Source of the DNA: Polyangiaceae bacterium
GTDB lineage: Bacteria > Myxococcota_A > Polyangia > Polyangiales > Polyangiaceae
Length of the DNA: 64,000 nucleotides
Reading direction: 5' to 3'
NCBI GenBank assembly: GCA_033763455.1
Contig: JANRKO010000019.1
Location: 128,001 to 192,000 of the forward strand
The stretch's first letter is position 1. Every line of letters starts with the position of its first letter. Positions 29,349 through 41,061 of the stretch are shown one piece after another. Both the position numbers and the translations under genes were made by a program. The notes under the pieces are model-generated. The model searched no databases. It had not been told where the DNA came from and worked only from the letters and a program-made list of their open reading frames with translations.

Positions 29349-32062
29349 GCTGACTCCTCGGCGTGTGGCTCCAAAGGCTCCGGCGGCGGCAGCATGGGGG
29401 CCTGGCCCAGAAGTGGCAACGCGAAGCGAAAGGAAGCCCCTCCCCCCGCGCGGTTTTCTGCCCAAATGCGACCACCATGCGCTGTCACGATGGCGCGACA
29501 AATCGCCAGGCCCAAGCCTACCCCGCTTGGGCTGCCTTCGCGCACGGCGCGGTGAAACTTCTCGAAGATACGCGCCTCCTGCCCTTCCGGGATCCCTGGG
29601 CCTCTGTCAGCCACTTCCACCACGACTTCGCCGGGCACCAGGGTCGCCACGATGTCGATCCCTCCTTCACTGTACTTGGCGGCATTCTCCAGCAGGTTGA
29701 TCAGTGCTTGCTCGATCAGGATAGGATCGCAGGGCATGAGCGGTAACCCTGGCGGAAGCTCTACCTTGAGCTCGCGGGCTTTCAAGCGAGCTTCCAAACG
29801 TTGTAGCGCGGAGCCCAACACTTCTTCGAGGGGCACCCACTCCTTTTTTACACGAATGGCGCCCGATTCGAGCCGGGTCATATCCAATAGATTGCGAATC
29901 AGCCGGTTGAGGCGTTCGGCTTCTTCCAAGATCGTCTCGGTGAGCTCACGCCGCACAGGTGCTTCGAGTGAGGGCACATCTTGAAGCAACGTACTGGCAG
30001 CTCCCGTGATCACGGCCAGGGGGGTTCTTAGATCATGAGACACGGAGCTCAGAAGCGAGCTTCGCAGCTGCTCAGTTTCGATTTCTTGACGCGCTTGGCT
30101 GGTCTCGGCCGCCAACAGGCTACGCTCCATCGCCAATGCCATTTGGGCGGCAAATGCGTCGAGATGGCGCCTTTGATCGATGGCAAGAAAGCGGTCCTTT
30201 TGCTCGGCTGTTACTCCCAAAACGCCCACGATCCCCCTCGAGGCAAGAAGTGGCACATAGAGGGTGGAGCCGCTCGGCAGCGTGTTGGTGCCTACCCCTG
30301 CTTCCTTCTTATTAGCCCAAACCCACTCGCCCACACTCACATCCCGATCTTGCGGCGGATTGTTGGTCGAGGCGCGTGCACACAAGAGGGAGCCTCCCCT
30401 ATCCTTGACGAACACGTTCACCGTGCTCCCAAAAGCCCTCTCGATCTGCTCTGCCGCCACCTGAATCACGGTGCCGCCATCCTCGGCAGCTGCAAGCTCC
30501 CGACTCAAATCATAGAGTGCTGTCGTTCGATGTTCACGCTGTCTGGCCGATAAAGCCTGATTGCGAACGCGTTCGGTAAGGCCACTAATTACCACGGCAA
30601 CCACAAACATGACCGCAAAAGTCACAATATGCCGCAAGTCCCCAACGGCAAAGGTAAAATAGGGTGGGACAAAGAAGAAGTCCAACGCGGCCACGCTGAG
30701 GAGCGCAGCCGATACGGATGGCCCGAGCCCAAAGCGACTGGCAACGAGCACAATGCCGAGTAAATACGTCATCACCACGTCCGCCAGCTGAGCGGGGCCA
30801 AAGATGACCCACGCCAGCGCCGTGGAGAGTGCCGTGACGCCGAGAGCAGACAAAAAACTGGGAATATTGAGGGGAACTGGCTGCGGTTTGTCGATTACGG
30901 CCTCTGCGGGATCGGGGTCGCCGGCGGTAACGAATACGTCGATATCACCACTCTTTTTGACAATTTGATCGACGAGCGAAGGCCGAAAGCGATCGCGCAA
31001 TCTGAGTGCCACCGGCTTACCAACGATGATTTTGGTGATGTTACGGCTTCTGGCAAACTCAATCAAAGCATTGGCCGTGTTCTCCCCGGTTAAGGTAGCA
31101 ACCTGTGCGCCGAGTTGCTGGGCCAGCCTCAAGTTCTGCGAGAGGCGGGCAGCGGCAGATGCCGGCAGCGGCCGGATCGCGTTGGGCTCTACATACACCG
31201 CAAACCACGAGGCATGAAGCGTGGAAGCCATGCGCCGAGCGGCTCGGAGGAGGTGCGCCGAATAGGGGCTTGCACTCACGGCCACCAGGATACTCTCGGT
31301 GGTGGCCCAGGTCTGCTCGATGTGCTGCGCCTTTCGATATTCACGCATCTGAGCGTCGACCCGCTCGGCGGTCGTGCGCAATGCCAGTTCGCGCAAAGCG
31401 ATGAGATTCCCTTTCCTAAAGAAATTCTCGATCGCACGCTGCGCCTGCGCCGGCACGTAGACCTTGCCGTCGCGCAAGCGTTCCAGAAGGTCATCCGCCG
31501 GAAGATCCACGAGCTTGATCTCGTGAGCAGCACCCAAGATGGCGTCAGGGACCGTCTCGCGCACGACGACACCGGTGATCTTAGCAATCACGTCATTCAG
31601 GCTCTCCACATGTTGCACGTTTAGGGTGGAAAAAACATCGATCCCGGCGTCGAGCAGCTCTTCCACGTCTTGCCAACGTTTGGGATGGCGAGAGCCCTCG
31701 GCATTCGTGTGTGCCAGCTCGTCGATCAGGATCAGATCTGGGCGACGAGCTAACGCCCCATCTAAATCGAACTCCTGAACCTCCACCCCTCGGTACACCA
31801 CTTTTCGCAACGGCAAAAGCGGCAGCCCTAAAACAAGTGCGGCGGTCTCGTAGCGCCCGTGGGTTTCCACGATCCCCACCACCACATCGCGCCTCTCGCG
31901 TTCGAGCTCCGCGCGCGCCGCCTCCAGCATCGCGTACGTTTTGCCGACCCCTGGAGCTGCTCCAAAAAAGAGCGTCAGCTTTCCGTGCTTCGCGCGCGCC
32001 TCCTCGGCCACCACGCGGCGCAAGAGCTCATCAGGATCTGGACGGTGGGGCTGGTTAGTCAT
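29345..32062 (-). CDS. kdpD: Sensor histidine kinase KdpD
   Basis: GAAPGVGKTYAML, Usp domain, 4 TM, SHDLRTPL. Confidence 0.96.
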   Translation of the reverse strand: MTNQPHRPDPDELLRRVVAEEARAKHGKLTLFFGAAPGVGKTYAMLEAARAELERERRDVVVGIVETHGRYETAALVLGLPLLPLRKVVYRGVEVQEFDLDGALARRPDLILIDELAHTNAEGSRHPKRWQDVEELLDAGIDVFSTLNVQHVESLNDVIAKITGVVVRETVPDAILGAAHEIKLVDLPADDLLERLRDGKVYVPAQAQRAIENFFRKGNLIALRELALRTTAERVDAQMREYRKAQHIEQTWATTESILVAVSASPYSAHLLRAARRMASTLHASWFAVYVEPNAIRPLPASAAARLSQNLRLAQQLGAQVATLTGENTANALIEFARSRNITKIIVGKPVALRLRDRFRPSLVDQIVKKSGDIDVFVTAGDPDPAEAVIDKPQPVPLNIPSFLSALGVTALSTALAWVIFGPAQLADVVMTYLLGIVLVASRFGLGPSVSAALLSVAALDFFFVPPYFTFAVGDLRHIVTFAVMFVVAVVISGLTERVRNQALSARQREHRTTALYDLSRELAAAEDGGTVIQVAAEQIERAFGSTVNVFVKDRGGSLLCARASTNNPPQDRDVSVGEWVWANKKEAGVGTNTLPSGSTLYVPLLASRGIVGVLGVTAEQKDRFLAIDQRRHLDAFAAQMALAMERSLLAAETSQARQEIETEQLRSSLLSSVSHDLRTPLAVITGAASTLLQDVPSLEAPVRRELTETILEEAERLNRLIRNLLDMTRLESGAIRVKKEWVPLEEVLGSALQRLEARLKARELKVELPPGLPLMPCDPILIEQALINLLENAAKYSEGGIDIVATLVPGEVVVEVADRGPGIPEGQEARIFEKFHRAVREGSPSGVGLGLAICRAIVTAHGGRIWAENRAGGGASFRFALPLLGQAPMLPPPEPLEPHAEESA

Positions 32063-32095
32063 CGCTAAGGCTAGGCCCCCTGGCTTGGGCGGCCG

Positions 32096-32716
32096 TTATT
32101 TGACCGCGTCCAGAGCGAGATTCAACTCTAAGACGTTGACCCGTGGTTCGCCGATGAATCCTAGCGTCTTTCCAAGCGTGTGATCTAGGACGAGTTGGTT
32201 CACCCGGTCAACGGCGAGCCCCCGCGCCTTTGCCACACGGGCTGCCTGCAAGTGGGCGTTAGCTGGGCTGATGTGCGGATCCAGGCCACTCGCAGAGCGT
32301 GTGGCGGCATCGGCGGGAACAATGCTACCGGGTGCGAGCCCATTCTCCTCGCGGTAGGCCTTGGCCAGATCTCCGAAGCCAAGGTAGGTCTCGTCGGCCT
32401 CTTTGGTGGCCGGATCATCTTTGATGCCGTTCACGAGCTTGTCACTGGTCGGACCGAGGTTCGTGCCGCTCGAGTTCGCAGCGTCGTAGCCTGCGCCCGC
32501 GGCTGAAGGCCGTGGATGAAAGTACTCGGGCTTGGTGAAGGCTTGACCCAGAAGGGATGATCCGACGACCTTGCCGTTTGCGTCCTTGACGAAACTGCCG
32601 CTGGCTTGGTTGGGAAACGCAACACGGCCAATCGCCCAGACCACGACGGGAAACGCTAGCCCAGTCACGACGACGAAGAAGAGGGTGAGTAAAATGGCAG
32701 GACGTAGTTGCTGCAT
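32096..32716 (-). CDS. kdpC: K+-transporting ATPase subunit C
   Basis: YFHPRPSA, SASGLDPHIS, VNVLELNLALD. Confidence 0.95.
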   Translation of the reverse strand: MQQLRPAILLTLFFVVVTGLAFPVVVWAIGRVAFPNQASGSFVKDANGKVVGSSLLGQAFTKPEYFHPRPSAAGAGYDAANSSGTNLGPTSDKLVNGIKDDPATKEADETYLGFGDLAKAYREENGLAPGSIVPADAATRSASGLDPHISPANAHLQAARVAKARGLAVDRVNQLVLDHTLGKTLGFIGEPRVNVLELNLALDAVK

Positions 32717-32718
32717 GA

Positions 32719-34842
32719 TCAAGCGAGCCTCAATAGTACGATGATGCGATCGATGAGCCATATGGCCGGAAAGGGCGCAAGCACCCCACCTACGCCGTAG
32801 ATGAGCAGATTGCGGCGCAAGGTGGAGACGGCATTGGTCGGGCGATAGGCAACGCCTCGGAGCGAAAGTGGGATGAGTGCGATGATGATGAGGGCGTTGA
32901 AGATAACCGCAGCAAGCACGGCGGACTGTGGGTTCGTGAGTTGCATGAAGTTGAGCTGGCCGAGCGCCGGATAAGTCAGCAAGAACATCGCCGGAATGAT
33001 GGCGAAGTATTTGGCGACGTCATTGGCGATGCTGAACGTCGTCAGTGCCCCGCGCGTCATCAGCATCTGTTTTCCGATCTCCACGACCTCGATCAGCTTG
33101 GTCGGGTTGGAGTCCAAATCGACCATATTTCCTGCTTCTTTAGCGGCCTGGGTTCCGGTATTCATGGCCACGCCCACGTCTGCTTGAGCAAGAGCGGGTG
33201 CGTCGTTCGTTCCATCTCCCGTCATCGCCACCAAACGCCCGCCGGACTGTTCTTCGCGGATGAACGCGAGCTTCATTTCAGGTGTTGCTTCGGCAATAAA
33301 GTCGTCAACACCTGCCTCCGCTGCGATGGCGGCAGCCGTCAGTGGGTTATCACCAGTGACCATGACCGTTTTGATGCCCATCTCGCGAAGTTGCAGAAAG
33401 CGCTCTTTCATACCACCCTTCACAATGTCTTTAAGCTGAATCACGCCAAGTGCCCGCCCACCTTCTGCCACCACAAGCGGCGTCCCACCGTCTTTGGCGA
33501 TGCGTTGAACAAGGTTCTGAATATCGGAGGGAAAAGTACCACCGTGGGACTCGACAAACTTCTTTACACTGTCCGACGCACCCTTCCGGATCTGCGAATC
33601 CCCCACATCCACCCCGCTCATACGGGTGTTGGCGGTAAACTCAACGAAGTGAGCATCACCGAGCTCGCTCACTTCACGGGCCGCGACTCCATATTTGTCC
33701 CTGGCGAGTACGACGATGCTTCTGCCTTCGGGCGTTTCGTCGGCAAGCGATGCCAGTTGGGCGACCCGCGCAAATTCCTCTATCCGTACGTTGCTGCTCG
33801 GGAAAAACTCAGTCGCCTGACGGTTGCCAAGCGTGATCGTACCGGTCTTGTCTAACAGCAAGGTGTTGACGTCGCCAGCCGCCTCCACGGCTTTGCCACT
33901 CATCGCCAATACATTGTGTTGCATCACGCGATCCATGCCGGCGATGCCGATGGCGCTCAAGAGGCCACCGATCGTCGTGGGGATGAGGCAAACGAGCAAC
34001 GCCACGAGGACCGTGATGCTGGGCACCGCTCCCGTTTCGCCCGCCGCGAACTTGGCGAAGGGCAACAAGGTCACCGTGGCGAACACGAAGATGAGTGTAA
34101 GCCCCGCAAGGAGTATTGAAAGCGCGATCTCGTTGGGCGTTTTCTGCCGCTTGGCGCCTTCAACTAGCGCAATCATACGATCAAGAAAGCTATGGCCTGG
34201 GTCTTGGGTTACGCGCACCACGATTCTATCGGAGAGCACTTTGGTACCACCAGTAACAGCGCTTCGGTCACCTCCACTTTCGCGAATAACGGGCGCTGAT
34301 TCACCGGTGATGGCCGACTCGTCTACACTTGCGACACCTTCGATAATCTCGCCGTCCGCTGCGATGACATCACCCACCTCGCACACGAAAAGGTCACCCT
34401 TTGCGAGGCGCGGGGCCGGAACGCGCTCCTCCTTTCCGTTCTGCAGTCGACGCGCTGTCGTGTCGGTTTTCGTCTTGCGCAAGGCGTCGGCCTGCGCTTT
34501 GCCGCGCCCTTCCGCCATCGCTTCTGCGAAGTTTGCAAAGAGCACCGTAAACCAAAGCCAGAGGCAGATTTGGCCCACAAAGAGTGTGTCCGCCGCGTTC
34601 GTTATGAGTCCCCGGATGAAGAAATAGGTGGTAATGGCGCTGCCGACCTCTACCACGAACATCACCGGATTTTTCGCCACTACGCGCGGATCGAGCTTCA
34701 CGAACGCGTCTTTTATGGCGCGGCGCACAATGCTGGCTTCGAAAAGCGCGCGTGGCGCATTTTTGGGTCGCACGCCGCGACTCGTCGAATCGGCTGGGGC
34801 AACTGCTGAAGGGGCAGGATCGAGAGTCTTTTGGGTTGCCAT
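32719..34842 (-). CDS. kdpB: K+-transporting ATPase subunit B
   Basis: [19 protein letters not shown]. Confidence 0.97.
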   Translation of the reverse strand: MATQKTLDPAPSAVAPADSTSRGVRPKNAPRALFEASIVRRAIKDAFVKLDPRVVAKNPVMFVVEVGSAITTYFFIRGLITNAADTLFVGQICLWLWFTVLFANFAEAMAEGRGKAQADALRKTKTDTTARRLQNGKEERVPAPRLAKGDLFVCEVGDVIAADGEIIEGVASVDESAITGESAPVIRESGGDRSAVTGGTKVLSDRIVVRVTQDPGHSFLDRMIALVEGAKRQKTPNEIALSILLAGLTLIFVFATVTLLPFAKFAAGETGAVPSITVLVALLVCLIPTTIGGLLSAIGIAGMDRVMQHNVLAMSGKAVEAAGDVNTLLLDKTGTITLGNRQATEFFPSSNVRIEEFARVAQLASLADETPEGRSIVVLARDKYGVAAREVSELGDAHFVEFTANTRMSGVDVGDSQIRKGASDSVKKFVESHGGTFPSDIQNLVQRIAKDGGTPLVVAEGGRALGVIQLKDIVKGGMKERFLQLREMGIKTVMVTGDNPLTAAAIAAEAGVDDFIAEATPEMKLAFIREEQSGGRLVAMTGDGTNDAPALAQADVGVAMNTGTQAAKEAGNMVDLDSNPTKLIEVVEIGKQMLMTRGALTTFSIANDVAKYFAIIPAMFLLTYPALGQLNFMQLTNPQSAVLAAVIFNALIIIALIPLSLRGVAYRPTNAVSTLRRNLLIYGVGGVLAPFPAIWLIDRIIVLLRLA

Positions 34843-34855
34843 AGTGTCTATTCCG

Positions 34856-36667
34856 TCAGTGAGTTCCCAAGGTGTGCATCTGGAAGTGCTCAACGATGGG
34901 TCCGAGCGCGAGCCCCGGGAAATAGGTGAGCGCTCCTACGGTCAGCACGACGCCGATCAAGAGAGCCGTAAACGTGGGTGTATCAGTAGGGAATGTGCCG
35001 GATGAGGCAGGAACGAGTGTCTTTTTCGCCAAAGCGCCCGCCATGGCCAAGAGGGGCACGATCATGAAAAAGCGTCCAAACAACATCGAAAGGGCGATGG
35101 TCGTGTTGTACCAGGGCGTGTTTGCGGTGATGCCTGCGAAGGCAGAACCGTTGTTTCCCGTGCCTGAGGCATAAGCGTAGAAGATTTCGCTGAAGCCGTG
35201 AGGGCCACCGTTGTTGAGATTGTTCGTCGTCGCTCCGTAGACAGTGTCGGAGCCGCCGTAGGCGCTGCCTGGCCAGGTATTGAGTGCCGCAAGCGCACCT
35301 TCCTTGGGTATATCCACGGTGCTTGAGAGTGCCGTGAATCCGAGCACGCAAGCAGCCAAGATAAGAGTCGCCAACATCGCCATTTGCACCTCGAATTTCT
35401 CAATCTTCTTGCCGAGGTATTCCGGCGTTCGACCCACCATGAGGCCAGCGATGAACACGGCCAAGATGGCAAACATCAACATACCGTAAAGACCAGCACC
35501 GACGCCACCGAAGATCACTTCACCAGTCAGCATGTTAAATAGCGGCACAAGCCCACCCAGAGGCGTGAAGCTGTCGTGCATCGAGTTGACGGCTCCACAC
35601 GAAGCCCCGGTCGTCACCGTTGCAAACAACGCTGAGCTGGCGATACCGAAGCGGACTTCTTTGCCCTCCATGTTGCCACCGGGCTGGAGCGGTGTGGCGG
35701 CCGTCTCGATATTGGCGTTGGCAAGGTGCGGGGTTCCCGCTTGCTCCCCGACAGTGCAAACAACGACGCCCACGATGGCCAAAAAGGCCATGGCGCCAAA
35801 AATGGCCCAACCCTGCTTGGCATTGCCGACCATTTTGCCAAACGTGTGCGTGATGGCGGCCGGGATCATCCAAATGAGGAGAACCGTAAAGAAGCTGCTG
35901 AGCGCAGTTGGGTTTTCGAAGGGGTGCGCGGAATTCGCATTGAAAAAACCGCCGCCGTTGGTTCCGAGCTGCTTGATGATCTCCTGGGAAGCCACCGGGC
36001 CGAGCGCGATTGTCTGCTTACCACCTTCGAGCGTAGTCACCACGGTGTAGGGATCAAAATTCTGTGGGACCCCTAGCGCGAGGTAGATCACGGCGCCCAC
36101 CAAGGCTATCGGCAGGAGCACGTACAGGGTGGCGCGCACCACATCAACCCAGAAGTTCCCGATGCCATTGGCGTTCTTCCGCGCAAAGCCTCGAACCAGA
36201 GCGATGGCGATCCCGATACCCACGGCCGCAGACGCCCAGTTGTGGATGGCCAGTGCCACCATATTCGAGAAATACGAAAGAGTGACCTCCGGCGAATAGC
36301 TCTGCCAGTTGGTGTTCGTCGTGAACGACACGGCGGTATTGAACGCCAGATCGGGGCTCATTTGCTTGGCTCCGAAACCTTGCGGATTCAGCGGTAGAAA
36401 GCCTTGAAACCGCAACGCTGCATAGGTGAAAAGCAGCGAAACAATTGAGAATAGGAGCATGGCCACGGCATAGGTGGTCCACTTCATGTCGTTATTTGGG
36501 TCTACGCGGAGCACGCGATAGGTTCCTCGCTCCAGCCAGCCGAGCGGCGTGTGCAGGAACGTTTTCTCCCCTGAAAACACCCGAGCCATGTACGAACCCA
36601 AGGGCTTCGTAACCAAAAACAGCAGGCCAAAGAAAACGATACTTAGCAGAATAGCGGAAGTCGTCAT
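34856..36667 (-). CDS. kdpA: K+-transporting ATPase subunit A
   Basis: [25 protein letters not shown] filter motifs. Confidence 0.97.
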   Translation of the reverse strand: MTTSAILLSIVFFGLLFLVTKPLGSYMARVFSGEKTFLHTPLGWLERGTYRVLRVDPNNDMKWTTYAVAMLLFSIVSLLFTYAALRFQGFLPLNPQGFGAKQMSPDLAFNTAVSFTTNTNWQSYSPEVTLSYFSNMVALAIHNWASAAVGIGIAIALVRGFARKNANGIGNFWVDVVRATLYVLLPIALVGAVIYLALGVPQNFDPYTVVTTLEGGKQTIALGPVASQEIIKQLGTNGGGFFNANSAHPFENPTALSSFFTVLLIWMIPAAITHTFGKMVGNAKQGWAIFGAMAFLAIVGVVVCTVGEQAGTPHLANANIETAATPLQPGGNMEGKEVRFGIASSALFATVTTGASCGAVNSMHDSFTPLGGLVPLFNMLTGEVIFGGVGAGLYGMLMFAILAVFIAGLMVGRTPEYLGKKIEKFEVQMAMLATLILAACVLGFTALSSTVDIPKEGALAALNTWPGSAYGGSDTVYGATTNNLNNGGPHGFSEIFYAYASGTGNNGSAFAGITANTPWYNTTIALSMLFGRFFMIVPLLAMAGALAKKTLVPASSGTFPTDTPTFTALLIGVVLTVGALTYFPGLALGPIVEHFQMHTLGTH

Positions 36668-36670
36668 GGT

Positions 36671-36757
36671 TCAGAACTTCTCCGGCACGAGCAGAGCGTA
36701 AACGAGGTACACCAACAACATGAGCGTCACCGCCCCAATCCAAAGCGTGTCAGTCAT
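36671..36757 (-). CDS. kdpF: KdpF small subunit (28 aa)
   Basis: MTDTLWIGAVTLMLLVYLVYALLVPEKF; YL.YAL..PEKF signature; GGAGG SD. Confidence 0.92.
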   Translation of the reverse strand: MTDTLWIGAVTLMLLVYLVYALLVPEKF

Positions 36758-36860
36758 GGGGGCTGCCTCCGCGCAGGTGCTCGCAACCGCGGGTGTAGGC
36801 GATGCACAGGGCAAAAAAGCCCACAGAAACAGCCACGAAAATTAGGTCACTCATACTCAT
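36750..36860 (-). CDS. Small hydrophobic peptide upstream of kdpF
   Basis: MSMSDLIFVAVSVGFFALCIAYTRGCEHLRGGSPHD; stop overlaps the kdpF start. Confidence 0.7.
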   Translation of the reverse strand: MSMSDLIFVAVSVGFFALCIAYTRGCEHLRGGSPHD

Positions 36861-36956
36861 TTCTCAGGGATTTTTGCACGGCGCTTATATTTGGCGTTAA
36901 TCCGATTCTTGATTCCACGAACGTTGATTGAAGCCAGCCAATCGTAATCGCTAGTC

Positions 36957-37007
36957 CATCAACGAGGCGTAAAGAGATCACGGCTCAAGGTAAGGGAAAG
37001 ATAAAGA
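36957..37007 (-). promoter_or_regulatory. Candidate KdpE-binding T-rich direct repeats
   Basis: TCTTTATCTTTCCCTTACC and CTTTACG upstream of the kdp operon resemble the E. coli TTTATA..TTTACA box. Confidence 0.35.
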
Positions 37008-37093
37008 TTGCGTCACTCAGCCAACGCGCGCGTTACCACAAGCGCCAGCCGAGCTAGAGTTGTGCCCCCCAATTGTCCCTATCCAGTTAGCCC

Positions 37094-37624
37094 CTAAGGC
37101 AAACGTTCTTTCGGCACCAACCCCTGTGCTAAACGCACGTAGCGCGGCGAAAATACCTTATTCTGCTCCAGCTCTTCAGGCGTAAGTTGGCGAACCACTT
37201 TCGCCGGCCGACCAAGCACGAGCGTTCGTGGCGGCACCACGAGCCTGCCGACCAATAGAGAGCCCGCTCCCACCATCGCGCCTTCTCCAACAACCACTTG
37301 ATCCATCAAGATCGAGCCGAGCCCTATGATCGCTCCGTCACGGATCTCGGCACCGTGGATCATCACACCGTGACCCACCGTAACGTCGTTGCCGATAACG
37401 GTGTTGGAAAGGCCCGTCGTCATGTGCAACATACTGAGATCTTGAATGCTCGTGCGCGCACCGATCCGAATCGCGCCAACATCGCCCCGAAGCACGGCGC
37501 CATACCAGATACTAGAATCATCCCCAATCTCCACGTCGCCTATTATGGTGGCATTTTCGGCCAAAAATACCCCGCTGCCAAAGCGCGGATGAAACTCTGC
37601 GAAGCTCTTGACGAGGGCCATCAC
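37094..37624 (-). CDS. Gamma carbonic anhydrase family protein
   Basis: Hexapeptide repeats, LRGDV, IQD..MLH, VGH..MIHG. Confidence 0.92.
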   Translation of the reverse strand: MMALVKSFAEFHPRFGSGVFLAENATIIGDVEIGDDSSIWYGAVLRGDVGAIRIGARTSIQDLSMLHMTTGLSNTVIGNDVTVGHGVMIHGAEIRDGAIIGLGSILMDQVVVGEGAMVGAGSLLVGRLVVPPRTLVLGRPAKVVRQLTPEELEQNKVFSPRYVRLAQGLVPKERLP

Positions 37625-39069
37625 ATCACCGGAAGTGCTCTAAGCTGGGCTTTCGTTTTCTGATCTTGCCAGGGCAGGTGCCGCGTGGGTTCCACGAGCT
37701 CAGCGGCCAAGGAATTTTTGAAAGCGCGCAGAATGCGAACCTCGCAGACTTCCCCCACTGGGCTCGTGGTTGCCCAAAAGTGCACAATTTCGTTGCGTTC
37801 GGTGCGGCCTGTGTAGCCACCGCGCTGATTCAACCCCTCCACCAACACCTGCTGAGTGGTACCGATAAGGCTCGTCAGGTGCGCAATCCGTGCCCGCTCA
37901 ACCACATCAAACAACTCAGCCAAACGCCGAGCTTTTTCGGGCTCCGGCACGTCATCTTCCAGCTTGAGCGAAGGCGTGTGTGGCCGCGGTGAATACTTGA
38001 AACCAAAAAGCCCAACAAACCCAACTTTTTCAACGAGCTCTAACGTCGCCTGAAAATCCTCGAGCGTCTCTCCCGGAAAACCGACGATCACGTCGGTTGA
38101 AAGAGTCATCCCAGGCACCGAGTCCCTGAGGGCTGTGATGCGCTCAAGGTACTCTTCGGCACTGTAGCGCCGAATCATCTTCTTAAGCAGGCGGTCGCTG
38201 CCTGATTGCACAGGCATATGCACGTGTTTGGCGAGGATCGGTATCTCGGTGTGTGCCGAAATCAAGCGCGCTGTAAGGTGGCGCGGGTGCGGGCTCGTGT
38301 AGCGTAAGCGCAAAAGGCCCGGCACTTGGCGAGCAATCGCGTGCAAGAGTGCAGGGAATTCGCTTTCTGCCTCGTTGGCTCGAAGGTGCGGAGCTTGACG
38401 GAATTCGAGTGCCGAGGGCGGTGCAGCCGGCAGGCTTCCGGAAGGGTCGCGGTAGCTGTTCACCGTTTGCCCGAGTAGCGTCACTTCCTTCACCCCCGCC
38501 AAAACCAGCCGTTCGATCTCGTCTAAGATCTCTCTGGATGGGCGGTAGCGTTCTGGCCCGCGAGTGTATGGCACCACACAATACGAGCAGCGCTCATCGC
38601 ACCCCTTCATCACGGTTACGAAAGCGCTCGGCATGACTTTGCCCGCCTCGGGGCGTGCTTGCAGGAATTCAGGTGCGTCGAGATCGAACTCGGTGCGAAC
38701 CTGCGGAGGCGACCCGGCCTCCGCGCGGGCTAAAAGGGTGGGAAGCTCCGCAATGTTGTCCGGCCCGATCACGATGTCGATCTGCGGGAGCGTCTTGATG
38801 AGGCGTTCGCCTTCTTGTTGGGCCACGCAACCGGCAACGCCAATCAGGAGGCCGGGCCGCTCACGCTTGAGCAGGCCCAAACGCCCCACTTCACTGCGTA
38901 GCTTCTGTTCGGCTTTCTCTCGCACGCTGCACGTGTTCAGGAGCACCACGTCCGCCTCTTCGAGCTTCTCGGTCGCCCAATATCCGGCGCCCGTGAGCAC
39001 TTCGGAGAGGCGCTCTGAATCGTGGCTGTTCATCTGGCAGCCGAAGGTAATGACACTGAAAGCGGGCAT
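37621..39069 (-). CDS. miaB: tRNA methylthiotransferase MiaB
   Basis: TFGCQMN, NTCSVREKAE, GCDERCSYCVVPYTRG, C-terminal TRAM. Confidence 0.95.
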   Translation of the reverse strand: MPAFSVITFGCQMNSHDSERLSEVLTGAGYWATEKLEEADVVLLNTCSVREKAEQKLRSEVGRLGLLKRERPGLLIGVAGCVAQQEGERLIKTLPQIDIVIGPDNIAELPTLLARAEAGSPPQVRTEFDLDAPEFLQARPEAGKVMPSAFVTVMKGCDERCSYCVVPYTRGPERYRPSREILDEIERLVLAGVKEVTLLGQTVNSYRDPSGSLPAAPPSALEFRQAPHLRANEAESEFPALLHAIARQVPGLLRLRYTSPHPRHLTARLISAHTEIPILAKHVHMPVQSGSDRLLKKMIRRYSAEEYLERITALRDSVPGMTLSTDVIVGFPGETLEDFQATLELVEKVGFVGLFGFKYSPRPHTPSLKLEDDVPEPEKARRLAELFDVVERARIAHLTSLIGTTQQVLVEGLNQRGGYTGRTERNEIVHFWATTSPVGEVCEVRILRAFKNSLAAELVEPTRHLPWQDQKTKAQLRALPVM

Positions 39070-39210
39070 GGCCGGGCCCCTATAGCACGCAATCCGGGAC
39101 GGCCAGCCCCGGGCCCAAAGGGCTGGACCGCGGGAGCGGATTGACCGGCTCGGGCACGCTTCCTATCTTCCCGGAGTCCCGAAAATCCCGTCAATTTCTG
39201 GAGGAGCACT

Positions 39211-40974
39211 ATGGATCCCGAATACGCGAATCTCGTCGAACTGTTCGAGCAAGCCTGCGCCAAGTTCGATGCTCGCGAGTTGTTCGGAACCAAGCGGGGT
39301 GGCCGCTGGGAGTGGATGACGTTCGGGCAGTTCAAGGCCGACGTGGATAAGTGCCGGGGCGGCCTCGCGCAGCTGGGAGTGAGAGCCGGGGATAAGGTGG
39401 CGATAATCTCCAATAATCGCGTGGAATGGGCGGTGTTGGCGTACGCCACCTATTCGCTCGGGGCGGTTTACGTACCGATGTATGAAGTACAGCCCAAGGA
39501 TGAATGGGCTTTCATCTTGCATGATTCCGACGCCAAAGTGGTGGTCGCAGCGACTCGGGTGATTGCGGAAACGTTGGAAGGCTTGCGAACCGGCTGTCCC
39601 AAGTTGGAAAAGATCATCAGCTTGGAGGGCCCCGGTGGCTCCCTCTCTTACGAAGCCCTGCTCAGCCAGGGCGCCAGAACACCCAAAGATCCCGTGTATC
39701 CAGCGTCGAGTGAGGTTGCCGGCTTCATCTACACGTCGGGCACCACCGGGATGCCCAAGGGCGTAGTCCTCTCGCACTCGAACATCTGCTTCGACATTTG
39801 GGCCTCATTTTCCTGTTTTGACTTTGGCCCGCTAGACCGCTCGTTAGCGTTTTTGCCCTGGGCACACTCTTACGGCCAAGTAGCAGAGCTGCACGGGCTC
39901 CTTAGCCGCGGCACCTCGATCGCGATCAACGACGAGGTACCAAACCTCGTCGCCAACTTGGCCGAGGTGCGGCCAACCGTGCTGGTTGCCGTACCAAGGA
40001 TCTTTAACCGCATCTACGACGGCATCCAGAAACAGATGGCGGCCAAGCCGGGCGCCATTCGCGCGTTGTTCAAAAAAGGCGTCGACGTAGCCGGAAAAAA
40101 GAGCCGGGGTGAGAGAATTGGCACGCTCGATAGCATGGCCCACGCCTTGGCGGATAAGCTCATTTTCTCCAAGGTTCGAGCCAAATTCGGCGGCCGGTTG
40201 CGGTTTGTGGTGAGCGGAAGCTCGGCACTCAACAAAGACGTCGCCATGTTCATCGATGCGCTCGGAATCGAGGTTTATGAAGGATACGGCCTCAGCGAAA
40301 CGAGCCCCGTGGCAGCGAGCAATTACCCCGGGCACCGCAAGATCGGCAGCGTTGGCCTACCGCTACCAGGCGTCGAAATTCGTATTGATAAGAGCGTTTC
40401 CGATGATAACCACCAGGGGGAGATCTTGATCAAAGGTCGCAATGTAATGCAAGGTTATCACAATCGCCCGGAAGAAACGGCCCTAGTACTCCCAGGTGAC
40501 GGTTACCTCCGCACAGGAGATCTCGGCTACCTTGATGAAGACGGTTACCTCTTCATCACTGGGCGCCTGAAAGAGCAATACAAGCTGGAAAACGGTAAAT
40601 ACGTGGCGCCGGCACCGCTCGAAGAGGACCTCAAGCTTTCGCCGTTCATTCTAAATGCCATGCTGTACGGCGCCAACCACGCCTACAATGTGGCCCTCAT
40701 CGTGGTCGACAAAGTAGCAGTTGCCGAGTGGGCCAAAGAAAATGGCGTTGAACTAGGGGACCTCTCGAAGAACCAGAAGCTGAACGAACTTCTGTTTCGT
40801 GAGATTGAGACCTATGGGTCTAAATTCAAGAGCTTCGAGCGGCCCAAGAAGCTCTTCATCACCGACGAAGATTTTAGTACAGAAAATGAGCTTCTAACCC
40901 CATCCCTCAAGATCAAACGGCGCAATGTGTTGGCCAAATATGGCAAACAATTAGAGGCACTCTATTCGGAGTAA
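39211..40974 (+). CDS. Long-chain fatty acid--CoA ligase
   Basis: YTSGTTGMPKG, EGYGLSET, TGDLG, LTPSLKIKR. Confidence 0.92.
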   Translation: MDPEYANLVELFEQACAKFDARELFGTKRGGRWEWMTFGQFKADVDKCRGGLAQLGVRAGDKVAIISNNRVEWAVLAYATYSLGAVYVPMYEVQPKDEWAFILHDSDAKVVVAATRVIAETLEGLRTGCPKLEKIISLEGPGGSLSYEALLSQGARTPKDPVYPASSEVAGFIYTSGTTGMPKGVVLSHSNICFDIWASFSCFDFGPLDRSLAFLPWAHSYGQVAELHGLLSRGTSIAINDEVPNLVANLAEVRPTVLVAVPRIFNRIYDGIQKQMAAKPGAIRALFKKGVDVAGKKSRGERIGTLDSMAHALADKLIFSKVRAKFGGRLRFVVSGSSALNKDVAMFIDALGIEVYEGYGLSETSPVAASNYPGHRKIGSVGLPLPGVEIRIDKSVSDDNHQGEILIKGRNVMQGYHNRPEETALVLPGDGYLRTGDLGYLDEDGYLFITGRLKEQYKLENGKYVAPAPLEEDLKLSPFILNAMLYGANHAYNVALIVVDKVAVAEWAKENGVELGDLSKNQKLNELLFREIETYGSKFKSFERPKKLFITDEDFSTENELLTPSLKIKRRNVLAKYGKQLEALYSE

Positions 40975-41061
40975 GCCCAATACCCCCGAAACCTAAACTA
41001 GCGACGGAAGCCAGCTTTGATTTCGGGGGTTGTGCTTGTGGCACGTGGTCAGCTTTCGCCA

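Noticed and set aside
32941..34627. Long antisense ORFs over kdpB (similarly over tkt and the Cys-rich gene)
   Set aside because: Shadow frames expected from high-GC codon bias.
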